Shown in pieces: positions 41,079 to 62,026 of a stretch of 64,000 nucleotides of DNA. Below the pieces are notes generated by a model, which was not told the DNA's origin, made no database searches, and saw nothing but the letters and a program-made list of their open reading frames with translations. Made by a program: the position numbers and the translations under genes. Position 1 is the stretch's first letter; the number at the start of each line of letters is the position of its first letter. Location: the NCBI GenBank assembly GCA_951406725.2, contig OX597830.1:79670001-79734000 (forward strand), given 5' to 3'. Origin of the DNA: Octopus vulgaris (lineage: Eukaryota).

Positions 41079-42116
41079 TGTATGTATGTATAATAAGAGT
41101 AAACAAAAGCTTTAATGGTTTTTAAAAAAAAACAACAATTATTTACCGGAAGATTTCGGCATGTAAATATAACCATTAACGGTGGAAACTTCTATAAAAG
41201 TTCAATATATATTTTGTATATAAATGAAAAAAGGCAGGCAACATGTTGCTCAGCCACATGCCGAAAAAATTAGAAATAGAAGTCAAAGACTGTTTATTTC
41301 TATTTTCTACAAATAAGACTCCACATACTACATTTTTTTACACACAATTTTTTGTACATGATGAAGGGTTTGCCAATTGTTGATGTAGCTCCCAAAAAAT
41401 ATATTTGAGCTTCATGTTACCCATATATTCATTAGTGAAATATTTCAGTATGTTGGGACTGATAAAGTAGCATGAAGTATCATGAAAGCCCAACTTCTCT
41501 GTGCCTTCTGCGTGCTGAAAGCAGCCCTCTAAAATGGCATGGCAATGCTTCTCAATATTTGTAATACTGCCACCTGGCGTGTGTGTTTGTGTGTGTGGTT
41601 GGCGCATCTGTACAATGCCCTCGTGTTTGGCACCGATTTTGGAATACTGTTAAATAGATAATTCAAGTATTTTAAATGTAATATGCGAATAAATTGGTTC
41701 TTGTCACAATTCACAACATCGAAACACACACACACACACACACACACAATAATTTGTATCATAAACCGTGAATCCTCGAAATTTTTCTGAATATATCGCT
41801 TTTCCATTTGTAAATTATTTTCAAATTTTAATAAAGAACGTATGTATCATACTGTCCTGTTTTAAACATTGAAACGAAAATATATAAAAGGAATTTCGAA
41901 AAAACTTCAAAAGTAAAGACATTGTTGGGGTTGGGTTAGCAAATTAATAAAACTATATTTCCGTGGTTTCTTAATCAGTCTTTTGCAATTAATATCGGAA
42001 TAGACTATCAAAAACTACCCAGAAAAACAATTAGTTATAGATTTTTAAATGGAATTCTTTGATTAAAACACCAGCAAGTAGGAGTTACTTTATTTCTGCA
42101 AAAATATGGGGAATGA

Positions 42117-42402
42117 TTACGGAGATGTACTTGCATAGCGAACGACTTGATCTGAGATCGTGTGCTGGAACGAAAACAATTGCAGCGTGGAAGTTGTTTA
42201 TAAGCCATTTACGAAACACACAAAACCGTTAGATTCACTTCAACATTTAAATTTAATTTGTCAAAATATTTTCATCGCTTTGAGACCGCGACCTGTTCAC
42301 TGACAAAGCTTCGTTGCTAAAGCGACGAAAATATTTTGACAAATTAAATATAAATGTTGAAGTGAATCTAACGGTTTTGTGTGTTTCTTAAATGGAGAAT
42401 GA
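42117..42402 (-). mobile_element. Non-autonomous fold-back PLE-like element with a ~12-bp TSD (units 1-3)
   Basis: atggggaatgat on both sides (perfect in units 2 and 3); long inverted arms at 42206-42281 and 42318-42395; absent from the older paralogous block at ~36990-37020. Confidence 0.7.
42257..42307 (-). ncRNA. Minimal type I hammerhead, G3:C8 variant (copies at 49549-49599 and 56930-56980)
   Basis: tttgtca GTGAACA g gtcgc-ggtctcaaa-gcgat GAAA atatT t tgacaaa: 7-bp stem I, 5-bp stem II, palindromic AATATT stem III. Confidence 0.7.
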
Positions 42403-42717
42403 TCGCGATTTAAAAAACCTTTGATAAGGGATCAGAGCGATCAGTTACAGCTTGACGATAAACAACAAAGTCATTAAATATGATAAAACAGATTCCACTG
42501 CCAACATTTGAAGCAGTCTTTCTAGATTACATGTGAGAGACGCAACACATTCTCACATTTATAAACTCAAACAGAATATCTTCTCAATAACAATCAGTCA
42601 ACATAATATTGCAACATAAATTCGACAAATAAAGTACACGAAACGCATTGAAGTGTGACGTAGCCCATACTAAATGAGTAAATTCGGTAAAATGGGCTTT
42701 TGTATACATATATGCAC

Positions 42718-42793
<76 letters not shown>

Positions 42794-42965
42794 GTATATA
42801 TAGACAGATAGATATATAGATATATAGATAGATAGATAGATAGATATGAAAACATACACATACGTGCACAAATGTACATACAAATATATTTGTTTATAGC
42901 TCTCCGTCAATGTTAACGACGACATTGTCCTCTAGGAGTCTTATCCTACATTTTGTGAGTTGAGA

Positions 42966-50308
<7,343 letters not shown>

Positions 50309-53300
50309 CACATTGAAAAGCCGGTCTAGCGAGATTGCAGAGGTGCTTGAACAGAGACGTGTTGATGTATGTTGCGTACAAGAGTTAAGATAGAGAGGAG
50401 ATTCAGCCAGTCCTCACAGGCAAAGAACATAGGTATAAACTCTTCTGGAAAGGTAATAGTGACTGAATAAGGGATGTAGGCATACTTCTTGCAGAAACAT
50501 AGGTGGATAAGGCCGTAGATGTAGCGAGGGTGTACGAGAGAATACTTAAACTCAGACTAGTCTTGCAGGATGGTATAGCTACAATTATCTCCGCCTATCC
50601 CCACAAGCGGGCCTACCAAATGAACAGAATTATCTCTTTTATGATATTCTTCTGCATGCTACCTCAAAGACGAATGATATTGATCTCATCTTTGTAGCTG
50701 GAGAATTTAATGTTAACGGTTCCTCATGAAGATAATATGGACGCCGCACGGGCTCGAAAATTTAACTGTTATGTAAACCTCCTCGAGGAATGTGAAGACG
50801 CAGGCTGGAAAGCGGAACATTTTCCAATCGAAGTTGGATGTAGAGGGTTCGTTGGACACAGTGTGAGACGACTGTTGTTATCGCTAGGCCTAACCCATCG
50901 TAAACTCAATACCACCATGACCGATATCCAATCTACAGTGGAGAAGACTAGCCATTGGATTTGGTTAAAAATAGACGATGAGCGATGGCTAAAAGGATAT
51001 TGAGCTTAATTTGATAACCAGCTGATCTAGCAATTGGGGCTTCATATCAGTGAGGTGGGGGTGGTGCGCATTGATTACGTCGAGAAGTAGGCCCCGAAAC
51101 GGCGTGCATTCTCTCCTGATGACCCCACACACTTGCTGGCTTCCGGTATACAGAGCTTTTGACTGGTAGCACTTGCATGTGCAAGTTGTTTGCAAGACAT
51201 GTGTGGGTGATTATCACTGTTTGCATATGTGTATGTATGTATGTATGTATGTATGTATGTTTTCATGCAAGCATGTATGTATGTGTGTATGTGTGTATGT
51301 ATGTATGTATGTATGTATGTATGTATGTATGTATGTATGTATATATGTAAATTATTTTGACATTTTGAAAAAGAACGTCTGAATCATATTTTGTTTAAAT
51401 GTAGGAATACAAACATATAAAATGAATTTCGAAAATGTTCAAAAGTGAAGATTTTGTGGTGTAGTTGTATGAAAAGTTAATAAAAACAATATTGTTTTTA
51501 AAATATCGGAATAGTGTCGAAACTACAGGGAGAAACTATAAATTATAGATTTTTAAAAGGAATTGATTAACATTCCTAAGAGTTCACAGATAACGAAGCA
51601 TGTGTTACATCATTTCTGCAAAAGTTCGAAAGCATTTGATCAGGGATCAGAAAATTAGCCAAAGGTTTGAGGATAAACAAAATAATCATAAAACAGATAC
51701 ATACGATTGCCAACTTTCAAGTCACTTCATCAAAGCCAAACTGTTCAATTCAGTTTCTTTAAGTAGAATGATGCGGTCTTAACCTCACACCCACACATTC
51801 AATAGTGAAGCGCATTGAAGTATAACAGAGGTCATACTGATTATAAAGAAAGACGGTAACCTTAAACCGAAAGTCAAATCTATTTATCAGGAGGCCGTGA
51901 CAGCTGCAATTTGCCACTCCTATATAAGATCATACAATGCATTCTAATCGTGACAAAACTTAAGAATACACTAACATGACAGGTCAAATGACAAAATTTG
52001 TATACTTACGTAATCCAATATACATTCATGTAGACATCCATCCGTACATCCATCCATTCATCCGTTCATATATACATACATACATATATACTTACATACA
52101 CACATACATACATATATACATGCATACACACATACATAAACACATGCTTATATACATAGATACATAAATTTATGGATACATATGCATATATAAATACATG
52201 AATGCATACGTATATATATATATATATATATATACGTACATGCTTATATACATACATACATGCATACATACAGACAGACATGCATAATCTTTTAACCACC
52301 AAATGTCTAAATGCATCTCTTGACCAGGTTTGCATATATGAGGCTAAGATCATAAGACTTGGAAAGCGGCTCCTTGAGCAGCATTTCTTGTCTGATAAGC
52401 TTAAATACATATCAAAAAAGCCGCACGACTCTACCACGGTATGTCATCAGATGAAAAGATGAGCGCATATCAGCAGAAGCCCATGCATGTATATGTGAGT
52501 AGGAAGCACCGAGATAATAGTAACATTTGTCACTAAAGCAGTCTATTATAGACCAGCAACCAGATTCCTACTTCCCACCTTCACTTGAAGGGTATGCGGT
52601 TGCAATCCAGGGATATGAAATATCAAACAAATATACGATGCACAAAAGAAGAGAGAAACATGAAAAGCAGTAATATATGAAAACCTATGCAGTTGTTCGA
52701 AAATGTCATCACAGTATTAGCTACCGATGAGATATGATGTAGTAGCTAGGACATTGTATATAACGAGTTCCGTCGGAAGCATAAACCCGAGAACAAAGAA
52801 GAACCCACGGTATGGTAGACTCCATATCCATTTATAATAAAAAGGAGTACTGGTGAAATGCTCCTCTGGAAACCTCAATAAATTATAAACATATTATACG
52901 TGGTATAATCATTTGGGATAGAGAAGAGAGACTGTGTATAGTTGTGGAAATCAACTCCCCTGCAGATGTTAACATAAAGCCGAAGAGAAGCGAAAGAGAA
53001 AATACGCTGAAAAATAAAATACCTACGCAAAATCTGCAGTTACTCTAATCAGATTACAAGTTCGTGTTTATACCTGTAATTATTAGGGCACTAGTATATG
53101 TAACACAATGCGTAAATACCAGTCTTGAGTAATTGGACTTCTCAAACTCAGAAAGAAGAAAGCTAATTCGAAGACTACATATCCAAGCAATCAATGGAAC
53201 TCTAAATATCTTATAAAATTTTCCAGAGGCTTATAGTTTAAGTATATATGAGTATGTCTAGATATGCAAGTATATGCATTGGAATACATACATAAAACAA

Positions 53301-56300
53301 AAAATATCTTATAAAATTTTCCAGAGGCTTATCATTTAAGTATATATGAGTATGTCTAGATATGCAAGTATAAGCATTGGAATACATACATAAAACAAAA
53401 CATAAAAATTTGCACATTCACAAATATTTGATTTATATTTTTGAAATTCAAATGAAGAAGAATTGGTTCTGGGTTAGAATCCGGCTCCTCTATTGTCACG
53501 AAAGCTTGAAATAAAACTGAATAAAACTGAATACTGGCGAACATACATAAATGCTTACATACATACATAAATAGATATATATGCATACACACATGCATAC
53601 ATACATACATACATACATACATACATACATGCATACATACATACATACATACACAAAAGACACAAATCTGTACGTATACATATATACATACACACAAAAA
53701 TATCCTGTTGTTGATGCTAAAATTACAATGAAAGAGCCTTGGATTTTTGTTAGGAAACCGGCCCTTTCTCTTTTGGCAAGAAATCTTGAAATAAAACTGA
53801 ATAAAAACATACGTACATTCTCAAAGGCTACAGAGCTGCAGTTTGGCCAGAATAAATGTTGCTACATGATTGTGAAATGAGGGATGCTGTAAGCAAGACT
53901 AGCAAAATTTCCAACACTGACTTAACTGTTTCCTCTATATCTGATGAGGGATGTTACAGGCACCAAGGGGTGGAAGAGAACATATCATATAATGACACAT
54001 GTAACAACAAATCATGTGTCATTAAAGAATGTTATAGTCGAATAAAAAACATTTGGACCCAGAACTCTGCATTCAGAAAAAAAAAACAGTGACTCAAAAT
54101 GTATTTGCTGTGCCAATACTCATACCAACATTTAGGCTGGTTGGACGCTCGATGAGATCCGAACTATTGATGTGAAAACCCCAAACATGCTAACCAGCAG
54201 ACACAAGTTCCACACCAACAGTGACGTACAACGCCAATACCTAAAACGAAAACAAGGCAGCAGAGGTTTAATATCAATCCAGACTGCCTTTCAATGTCGT
54301 ATCCCTTCGGCAACATTATTTAAGTGCCAAGTGTCGACGTGCATCCTCTGAGTCATCAAAGGAGTACTTTGGTGATATTTTTGAGCAGCTGCTAATCTTA
54401 CGAACGAAATGTTGCGCAGAAACACGGCATAATAAACAATTTCTTGCAGCTTCAAGAGATCACTATCTCTTTTGTTTGTTAGGTATTTTATCGCAACTTC
54501 ATTTTCTTGGATTGCAAACGCATTGTCGTTGTATTGTGATGTGTTGTAGTGGTCAAGATTGCAACAGATGTTTCATGTCCATAGGATTATCTTCCTTCAG
54601 ACGGCGAGCTGGCAGAATCGTTAGCACTTCGAGCAAAATACTTAACGGTATTTCGTCCGTGTCTACGCTCTGAGTAGAAAATCCTCTGATGTCGACTTTA
54701 CCTTTCTTGGCTTCATAAAATAAATACCAGTTTATAATGTTTTTTTATTAAGTCTAGCTGGGGTTTTTTCGTTGTTTTTAGTAGAGATACCTCCCAATCC
54801 AGACAATACGAACACTCTCACTACAAATCCCTATAATTAAAATACCGTTAATTATCTTTCTCTATGCTGCTCATCTCAGTCATCCTCGACAAGATCGACA
54901 GCGATAAAATGTGCTTTTGGACCACATCTTAATAATGTGCTTATGAGTGTGTGTGTGTGTGTGTATGCTTGTATGCATGTATGTGGTTATGAGTGCATAT
55001 ATTTATGTATGGATGTAAATATGTGTCTGTATGCATGTACGTATTTCTTTTTCTCTTTTTAAATTAGAGTAATTTAGGCCTGAGCAACTACATTTTTTTC
55101 TTTATTGCCCTTGTGGCTAAACAAGGACTGGCAAAGGGATAGAGTTGATTACATCAACCCCAGTGCGTAACTGGTACTTATTCAATCGACTTATTCCTCC
55201 TTCAAGTGTTTTATGCTATCCTCCGTCCTCGACCTGATCTTCCATCCCTGATAAGGATATTGCTACGAGTTTAATGCTCCTTCAAAATCAAGGAGTGATT
55301 GCAAACCAATGAACTACTGGTGATTATATTGTAGCTGTACTTGCTGCATTATTGTTCAAGCGTTTGTTAATTAACAGAAATGTCACTGGAGAGTCAAGTT
55401 TCCGGAAAACTGTATTTGTGCATTGCGTCTCTAGCAGTTTTATTCTGCAAATTATGCTTGCTGTAATTTTTAATTGATACTTTTTCTACCCTAATTTGAA
55501 TTATGCTAGTCTTGAGTAATTGCGATGTAACCAAAGAACACATTGTAATTTAAACTTCTCCAGGAATATTAATTTAAGCAAAAGGTTAGATAATAGCAAA
55601 AGTTTGCAATTCATTGCACTCCTCCCCTATATATATATATATATTTCAGTATGTTGGGACTGATAAAGTAGCATGAAGTATCATGAAAGCCCAGCTTCTC
55701 TGTGCCTTCTGCGTGCTGAAAGCAGCCCTCTAAAATATGTATGTATGTATGTATGTATGTATAATAAGAGTAAACAATAGCTTTAATGGTTTTAAAAAAA
55801 AACAACAATTATTTACCGGAAGATTTCGGCATGTAAATATAACCATTAACGGTGGAAACTTCTATAAAAGTTCAATATATATTTTGTATATAAATGAAAA
55901 AAGGCAGGCAACATGTTGCTCAGCCACATACTGAAAAAATTAGAAATAGAAGTCAAAGACTGTTTATTTCTATTTTCTACAAATAAGACTCCACATACTA
56001 CATTTTTTTTACACACAATTTTTTGTACATGATGAAGGGTTTGCCAATTGTTGATGTAGCTCCCCAAAAATATATTTGAGCTTCATGTTACCCATATATT
56101 CATTAGTGAAATATTTCAGTATGTTGGGACTGATAAAGTAGCATGAAGTATCATGAAAGCCCAACTTCTCTGTGCCTTCTGCGTGCTGAAAGCAGCCCTC
56201 TAAAATGGCATGGCAATGCTTCTCAATATTTGTAATACTGCCACCTGGCGTGTGTGTTTGTGTGTGTGGTTGGCGCATCTGTACAATGCCCTCGTGTTTG

Positions 56301-57390
56301 GCACCGATTTTGGAATACTGTTAAATAGATAATTCAAGTATTTTAAATGTAATATGCGAATAAATTGGTTCTTGTCACAATTCACAACATCGAAACACAC
56401 ACACTGACACACACACACACAATAATTTGTATCATAAACCGTGAATCCTCGAAATTTTTCTGAATATATCGCTTTTCCATTTGTAAATTATTTTCAAATT
56501 TTAATAAAGAACGTATGTATCATACTGTCCTGTTTTAAACATTGAAACGAAAATATATAAAAGGAATTTCGAAAAAACTTCAAAAGTAAAGACATTGTTG
56601 GGGTTGGGTTAGCAAATTAATAAAACTATATTTCCGTGGTTTCTTAATCAGTCTTTTGCAATTAATATCGGAATAGACTATCAAAAACTACCCAGAAAAA
56701 CAATTAGTTATAGATTTTTAAATGGAATTCTTTGATTAAAACACCAGCAAGTAGGAGTTACTTTATTTCTGCAAAAATATGGGGAATGATTACGGAGATG
56801 TACTTGCATAGCGAACGACTTGATCTGAGATCGTGTGCTGGAACGAAAACAATTGCAGCGTGGAAGTTGTTTATAAGCCATTTACGAAACACACAAAACC
56901 GTTAGATTCACTTCAACATTTAAATTTAATTTGTCAAAATATTTTCATCGCTTTGAGACCGCGACCTGTTCACTGACAAAGCTTCGTTGCTAAAGCGACG
57001 AAAATATTTTGACAAATTAAATATAAATGTTGAAGTGAATCTAACGGTTTTGTGTGTTTCTTAAATGGGGAATGATCGCGATTTAAAAAACCTTTGATAA
57101 GGGATCAGAGCGATCAGTTACAGCTTGACGATAAACAACAAAGTCATTAAATATGATAAAACAGATTCCACTGCCAACATTTGAAGCAGTCTTTCTAGAT
57201 TACATGTGAGAGACGCAACACATTCTCACATTTATAAACTCAAACAGAATATCTTCTCAATAACAATCAGTCAACATAATATTGCAACATAAATTCGACA
57301 AATAAAGTACACGAAACGCATTGAAGTGTGACGTAGCCCATACTAAATGAGTAAATTCGGTAAAATGGGCTTTTGTATACATATATGCAC

Positions 57391-57455
<65 letters not shown>

Positions 57456-57631
57456 TAAGAAAGTTTGTTTGGTAAAGCACGTGGGTGAATATATAAGAAA
57501 ATAGTAAAGTGTGAAAAAACGACAGAAGGCTTAAATGTTAAAATATATATATATTTGTGTCAAAATGTCTGGAGAATATTGGAAAAATGTTTTTTCCCTT
57601 TCCTTAAAATGACATAATTTTAAAATTTTTA

Positions 57632-57671
57632 AAGAAATTACCGGTTTCGCGTGTAGCTTTTCAAATTTCTT
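57632..57671 (-). ncRNA. Minimal type I hammerhead, U3:A8 variant, in the 3' pLTR
   Basis: aagaaat TTGAAAA gc-tacac-gc GAAA ccggT a atttctt. Confidence 0.7.
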
Positions 57672-57807
57672 GTGACGTTATGTTTATATTGCATGGAATT
57701 ATCGTTGTTTTTATTTCCAGGAGATTTCTAATTAAGGGGAGGTAGTGAGTGATTTTTTCCGATGTAGGGGAGATAATCGCTTAAAAATTTCTCTTCCCTT
57801 TTCCTTG

Positions 57808-60150
57808 TTAATTTCTCTGTGTCAGTATGTTCGGATGGTTGAGTCTGGGTTTGTACTTTTCAATGAAGAATGTTTCCTTGTTCAGTCTCATTTGTGTTGA
57901 TGATCCGAAAGCACATTGGTAAAATGGGAAGATTAAAATTTGTGGCAGTAGTTGCTTTGCGCATTTCTCAATGTGCTCACTAAAAGGTATCATTCTATAT
58001 TCTGGGAATGCAATCTGTTGTCGATGCAGTGTGCATCTGCGCCTGAGTGATAGTCCCGTGGAACCCACGTAGTCTTGGTGGCAGCCCGAGCATTTAATGA
58101 CATAAATTATGTTTTCAGAGGCACAAGTAAAGTTAGATTTGATCTTGAATTTTTGTCCCTCTTTAAAGAGGAATTCTGATCCTTCTAGCAGGTTGCACAG
58201 TTCGATCTACCACATTTTTTTACTTTTGCATCCGTAATTTTAGAAGACAATTTTGCCTTTGTGAGAATCTTTTTAAGTGATTTAGGATGTTTGTAGCTTT
58301 TAATGATTTGGTGTATGTTTAGAATTTCCTTTAATTTTGGGTTTTTATGAAGTATTGGTAAATTCTGGGTGATGATGGTGAAGGCTTCTTTGTTTCTGGG
58401 GTTGTATGTAGATATGTAAGGTAGTATTTTCGGGGAAGGTGTGTTGTTGTGTTGAACTTTTCTTAAAGTTTCTATGTTGATTTCTGTTGCACGTCTGATC
58501 CCATCCTCTATGAGTTGAGCTGGGTAATGTCTGTCAATTAGGGTGTTTTTGAGTTCTTGCAGTCTAAAGTTCCTGGTATTTTGTTCTGACACTATTGTGC
58601 ATATCCTTCTTGCAAGGTTGAAGGGGATGTTTGTTTTAGTGTGTCTTGGGTGGCATGAATTAAAAAGAAGGTATTGTTTGGCGTCTGTGGCTTTGTAAAA
58701 AATGTCTGTTTCTATTTTAAGGTTAATTTTTTTAATTAGTATATCCAAGAACGGGAGCTCCTTTTGGTTGTATTCCATTGTGAACTGTATATTTGGGTTT
58801 ATGCTGTTCAATAGGTTTTTAAATTTTAGGAGTTTATCTATGTTTTCATTCCAGAGAATGAAACAATCGTCTAGGAATCGTTTCCAATTCTCTTTTATGT
58901 ATTGAGAGAGGGAGTTTCCAAAGATTGATAGAGATTCCTGGTAAATGATTATTTCCATGTATCCCATTGTTAAGTTCGCAATGACTGGTGCTGCCCTTGT
59001 ACCCATAGCAATTCCGGATTTTTGACGGTAAAATGTATTGTCAAACATGAAGTGGTTATTGTGTAGGATGAATTCAATTGATTTAGTAATGAATTCCTTA
59101 CTGATCCTTTTTGGTATTTCTTCCGGAAATTGGTCTAACCAGAATTGTATTGCCTCCAGTCCATAATTATGAGGTATACTGGTATACAAGTTGACTACAT
59201 CAAATGAAACCAGGATTGTTTCTTCCTTGGTTTTTTTTTTGGAAGGTGGTTTAACATATCTAAGTCATCTCTGATATGGCTATCGATATGTTTAAGGAAG
59301 GGTTTCAAGAGGATGTCCATAAGTAGACTTAGTCTGTGTGTTTCACAGGTTGGGCCAGCTACAATGGGTCGTAGTTTTAGGTCCCCCGGATTAGGTGTGT
59401 GTATGTATGTCTTTGGTGATTTTTTAATGGTTTCATTTATAATTTGACTTTTATGAATTTTTGGCAGACCATAGAAAAGGCTAGGTTTGCATTTAAAGTT
59501 TGTTAGGAAATCAATCTCTTTGGTTGTCAGTTCCTTTTCATGGGTTTTAATTAGTGAAGATAGAGTTTTCATTATTTTTTGTGGGGTGTAGTTGGTAATT
59601 TTTTCATAATGTAGGTCTTCATCAAGCAAGGAAATTACAAGATTTCTGTAGTATGATGTATCCATTATTACAACTGCATTTCCCTTGTCCGCTTCCTTAA
59701 TGGTTATATCTTCATCATTTTGGAGTTCTATCAGTTCTTTCCATTGTGTAGTGTTAAAATTTGGGTTAGCTTTCTGTTTATGTATAGTATGGTAGGGGAA
59801 GTTCTCAATGTGGTTACAGAATTCGTCAAGATCTTTATTTCTTCCTCTGTGTGGGATGTGTTCACTTTTGTTCTTGACTAGTGATTCATCTTCAGTATTG
59901 AAACTGTTTGATGCTTCTGCTAGTCTTAATTTTCTGCAAAATTCTGTTATATTATCCTTGAGTTCATTTAGGTTTGCTCTGCGTGGAGTTGGTGTAAATT
60001 TGAGCCCTTTTGCGAGGATGTCAATTTTTATGTTAGAAAGAGGTTTGGTTGAAAGATTGATTATCTTCGGTTTTTCCTTATTACTAGGTTCCAGCCTGTG
60101 TCCTGGTGTCCCTGGTCCCTGGCTAAAAAATGTTGGGTGTAATTTTGTTT
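57808..60150 (-). pseudogene. Penelope ORF (N-terminal domain, RT, GIY-YIG) with two frameshifts (~59230 and ~58190)
   Basis: IINLS...KGLKFTPTP, IKEADKGNAVVIMD, FYGLPKIHK, LRPIVAG, LYTSIP, GIAMGT, RFLDD, LPFLD, FNSCHP, FTCASENIIYVIKC...YVGSTG...R...H...E. Confidence 0.9.
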
Positions 60151-60514
60151 GTATGAGTTGTCTGTGAGGTTGTGTGGTATTTGGTCGGGGGAGTGGTGGT
60201 ATTGTTGCCTCCGATCGTTGTGTGTGTGTGGGAATCTATGGTTGTTAATGCTTGTGGTGTGTGTAAAATTTCTGTATGGGGAATATTTTTGTTTCGAACT
60301 TCTTGTATGTGGGATGTTGCTTGACATAGTGTTTCTTTGCGTTTGTCTTGTGTTTAGTGGGGACCAGTAGTTTTGGTTCATGGGGTAGTAGTGATTTGTG
60401 TGTGGTGTATTTCTTATCCTAGTGTCGTATTGTGCTGTATGGTGGTTGGGTCTGGTATTAATCTCCTGGAAATAAAAACAACGATAATTCCAAGCAATAT
60501 AAACATAACGTCAC

Positions 60515-60554
60515 AAGAAATTTGAAAAGCTACAGGCGAAACCGGTAATTTCTT
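60515..60554 (+). ncRNA. Same U3:A8 hammerhead in the inverted pLTR
   Basis: aagaaat TTGAAAA gc-tacag-gc GAAA ccggT a atttctt. Confidence 0.7.
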
Positions 60555-60688
60555 TAAAAATTTTAAAATTATGTCATTTTAAGGAAAGGGAAAAAACATT
60601 TTTCCAATATTCTCCAGACATTTTGACACAAATATATATATTTTTTAACATTTAAGCCTTCTGTCGTTTTTTCACACTTTACTATTTT

Positions 60689-60761
<73 letters not shown>

Positions 60762-60795
60762 GTATATATAGACAGATAGATATATAGATAGATAT

Positions 60796-60854
<59 letters not shown>

Positions 60855-60979
60855 TGAAAATGAAAACATACACATACGTGCACAAATGTACATACAAATA
60901 TATTTGTTTATAGCTCTCCGTCAATGTTAACGACGACATTGTCCTCTAGGAGTCTTATCCTACATTTTGTGAGTTGAGG

Positions 60980-61993
60980 CACATTGAAAAGCCGGTCTAG
61001 CGAGATTGCAGAGGTGCTTGAACAGAGACGTGTTGATGTATGTTGCGTACAAGAGTTAAGATAGAGAGGAGATTCAGCCAGTCCTCACAGGCAAAGAACA
61101 TAGGTATAAACTCTTCTGGAAAGGTAATAGTGACTGAATAAGGGATGTAGGCATACTTCTTGCAGAAACATAGGTGGATAAGGCCGTAGATGTAGCGAGG
61201 GTGTACGAGAGAATACTTAAACTCAGACTAGTCTTGCAGGATGGTATAGCTACAATTATCTCCGCCTATCCCCACAAGCGGGCCTACCAAATGAACAGAA
61301 TTATCTCTTTTATGATATTCTTCTGCATGCTACCTCAAAGACGAATGATATTGATCTCATCTTTGTAGCTGGAGAATTTAATGTTAACGGTTCCTCATGA
61401 AGATAATATGGACGCCGCACGGGCTCGAAAATTTAACTGTTATGTAAACCTCCTCGAGGAATGTGAAGACGCAGGCTGGAAAGCGGAACATTTTCCAATC
61501 GAACTTGGATGTAGAGGGTTCGTTGGACACAGTGTGAGACGACTGTTGTTATCGCTAGGCCTAACCCATCGTAAACTCAATACCACCATGACCGATATCC
61601 AATCTACAGTGGAGAAGACTAGCCATTGGATTTGGTTAAAAATAGACGATGAGCGATGGCTAAAAGGATATTGAGCTTAATTTGATAACCAGCTGATCTA
61701 GCAATTGGGGCTTCATATCAGTGAGGTGGGGGGGGTGCGCATTGATTACGTCGAGAAGTAGGCCCCGAAACGGCGGCATTCTCTCCTGATGACCCCACAC
61801 ACTTGCTGGCTTCCGGTATACAGAGCTTTTGACTGGTAGTACTTGCATGTGCAAGTTGTTTGCAAGACATGTGTGGGTGATTATCACTGTTTGCATATGT
61901 GTATGTATGTATGTATGTATGTATGTATGTATGTTTTCATGCAAGCATGTATGTATGTATGTATGTGTGTATGTATGTATGTATGTATGTATG

Positions 61994-62026
<33 letters not shown>

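Larger units (their letters stand above)
35693..42965. repeat. Tandem array unit 1 (7273 bp)
   Basis: Identical ORFs recur at 35887/43160/50503/61174; units start at cacattgaaaagccgg. Confidence 0.97.
57453..60692 (-). mobile_element. Young Penelope-like retroelement with an inverted pLTR copy at its 5' end
   Basis: RT plus GIY-YIG; inverted repeats at ~57489-57726 and 60460-60697; empty sites in units 1 and 2. Confidence 0.95.
50309..60979. repeat. Tandem array unit 3, including a ~3.2 kb Penelope insertion
   Basis: Colinear with unit 2 up to the (TA)n at ~57393-57452; resumes after ~60692. Confidence 0.97.

Noticed and set aside
41355-41520. ATGATGA ... CTGA as a C/D snoRNA, or a SECIS-like stem
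   Set aside because: No terminal stem at the boxes, no recognisable rRNA antisense element and no SECIS helix 2; a snoscan/Infernal run would be needed.
42900-42954. Plus-strand 55-nt AG...GTGAGT candidate exon next to the array junction
   Set aside because: Weak exonic donor context, opposite strand to the other exons, and no partner exon.
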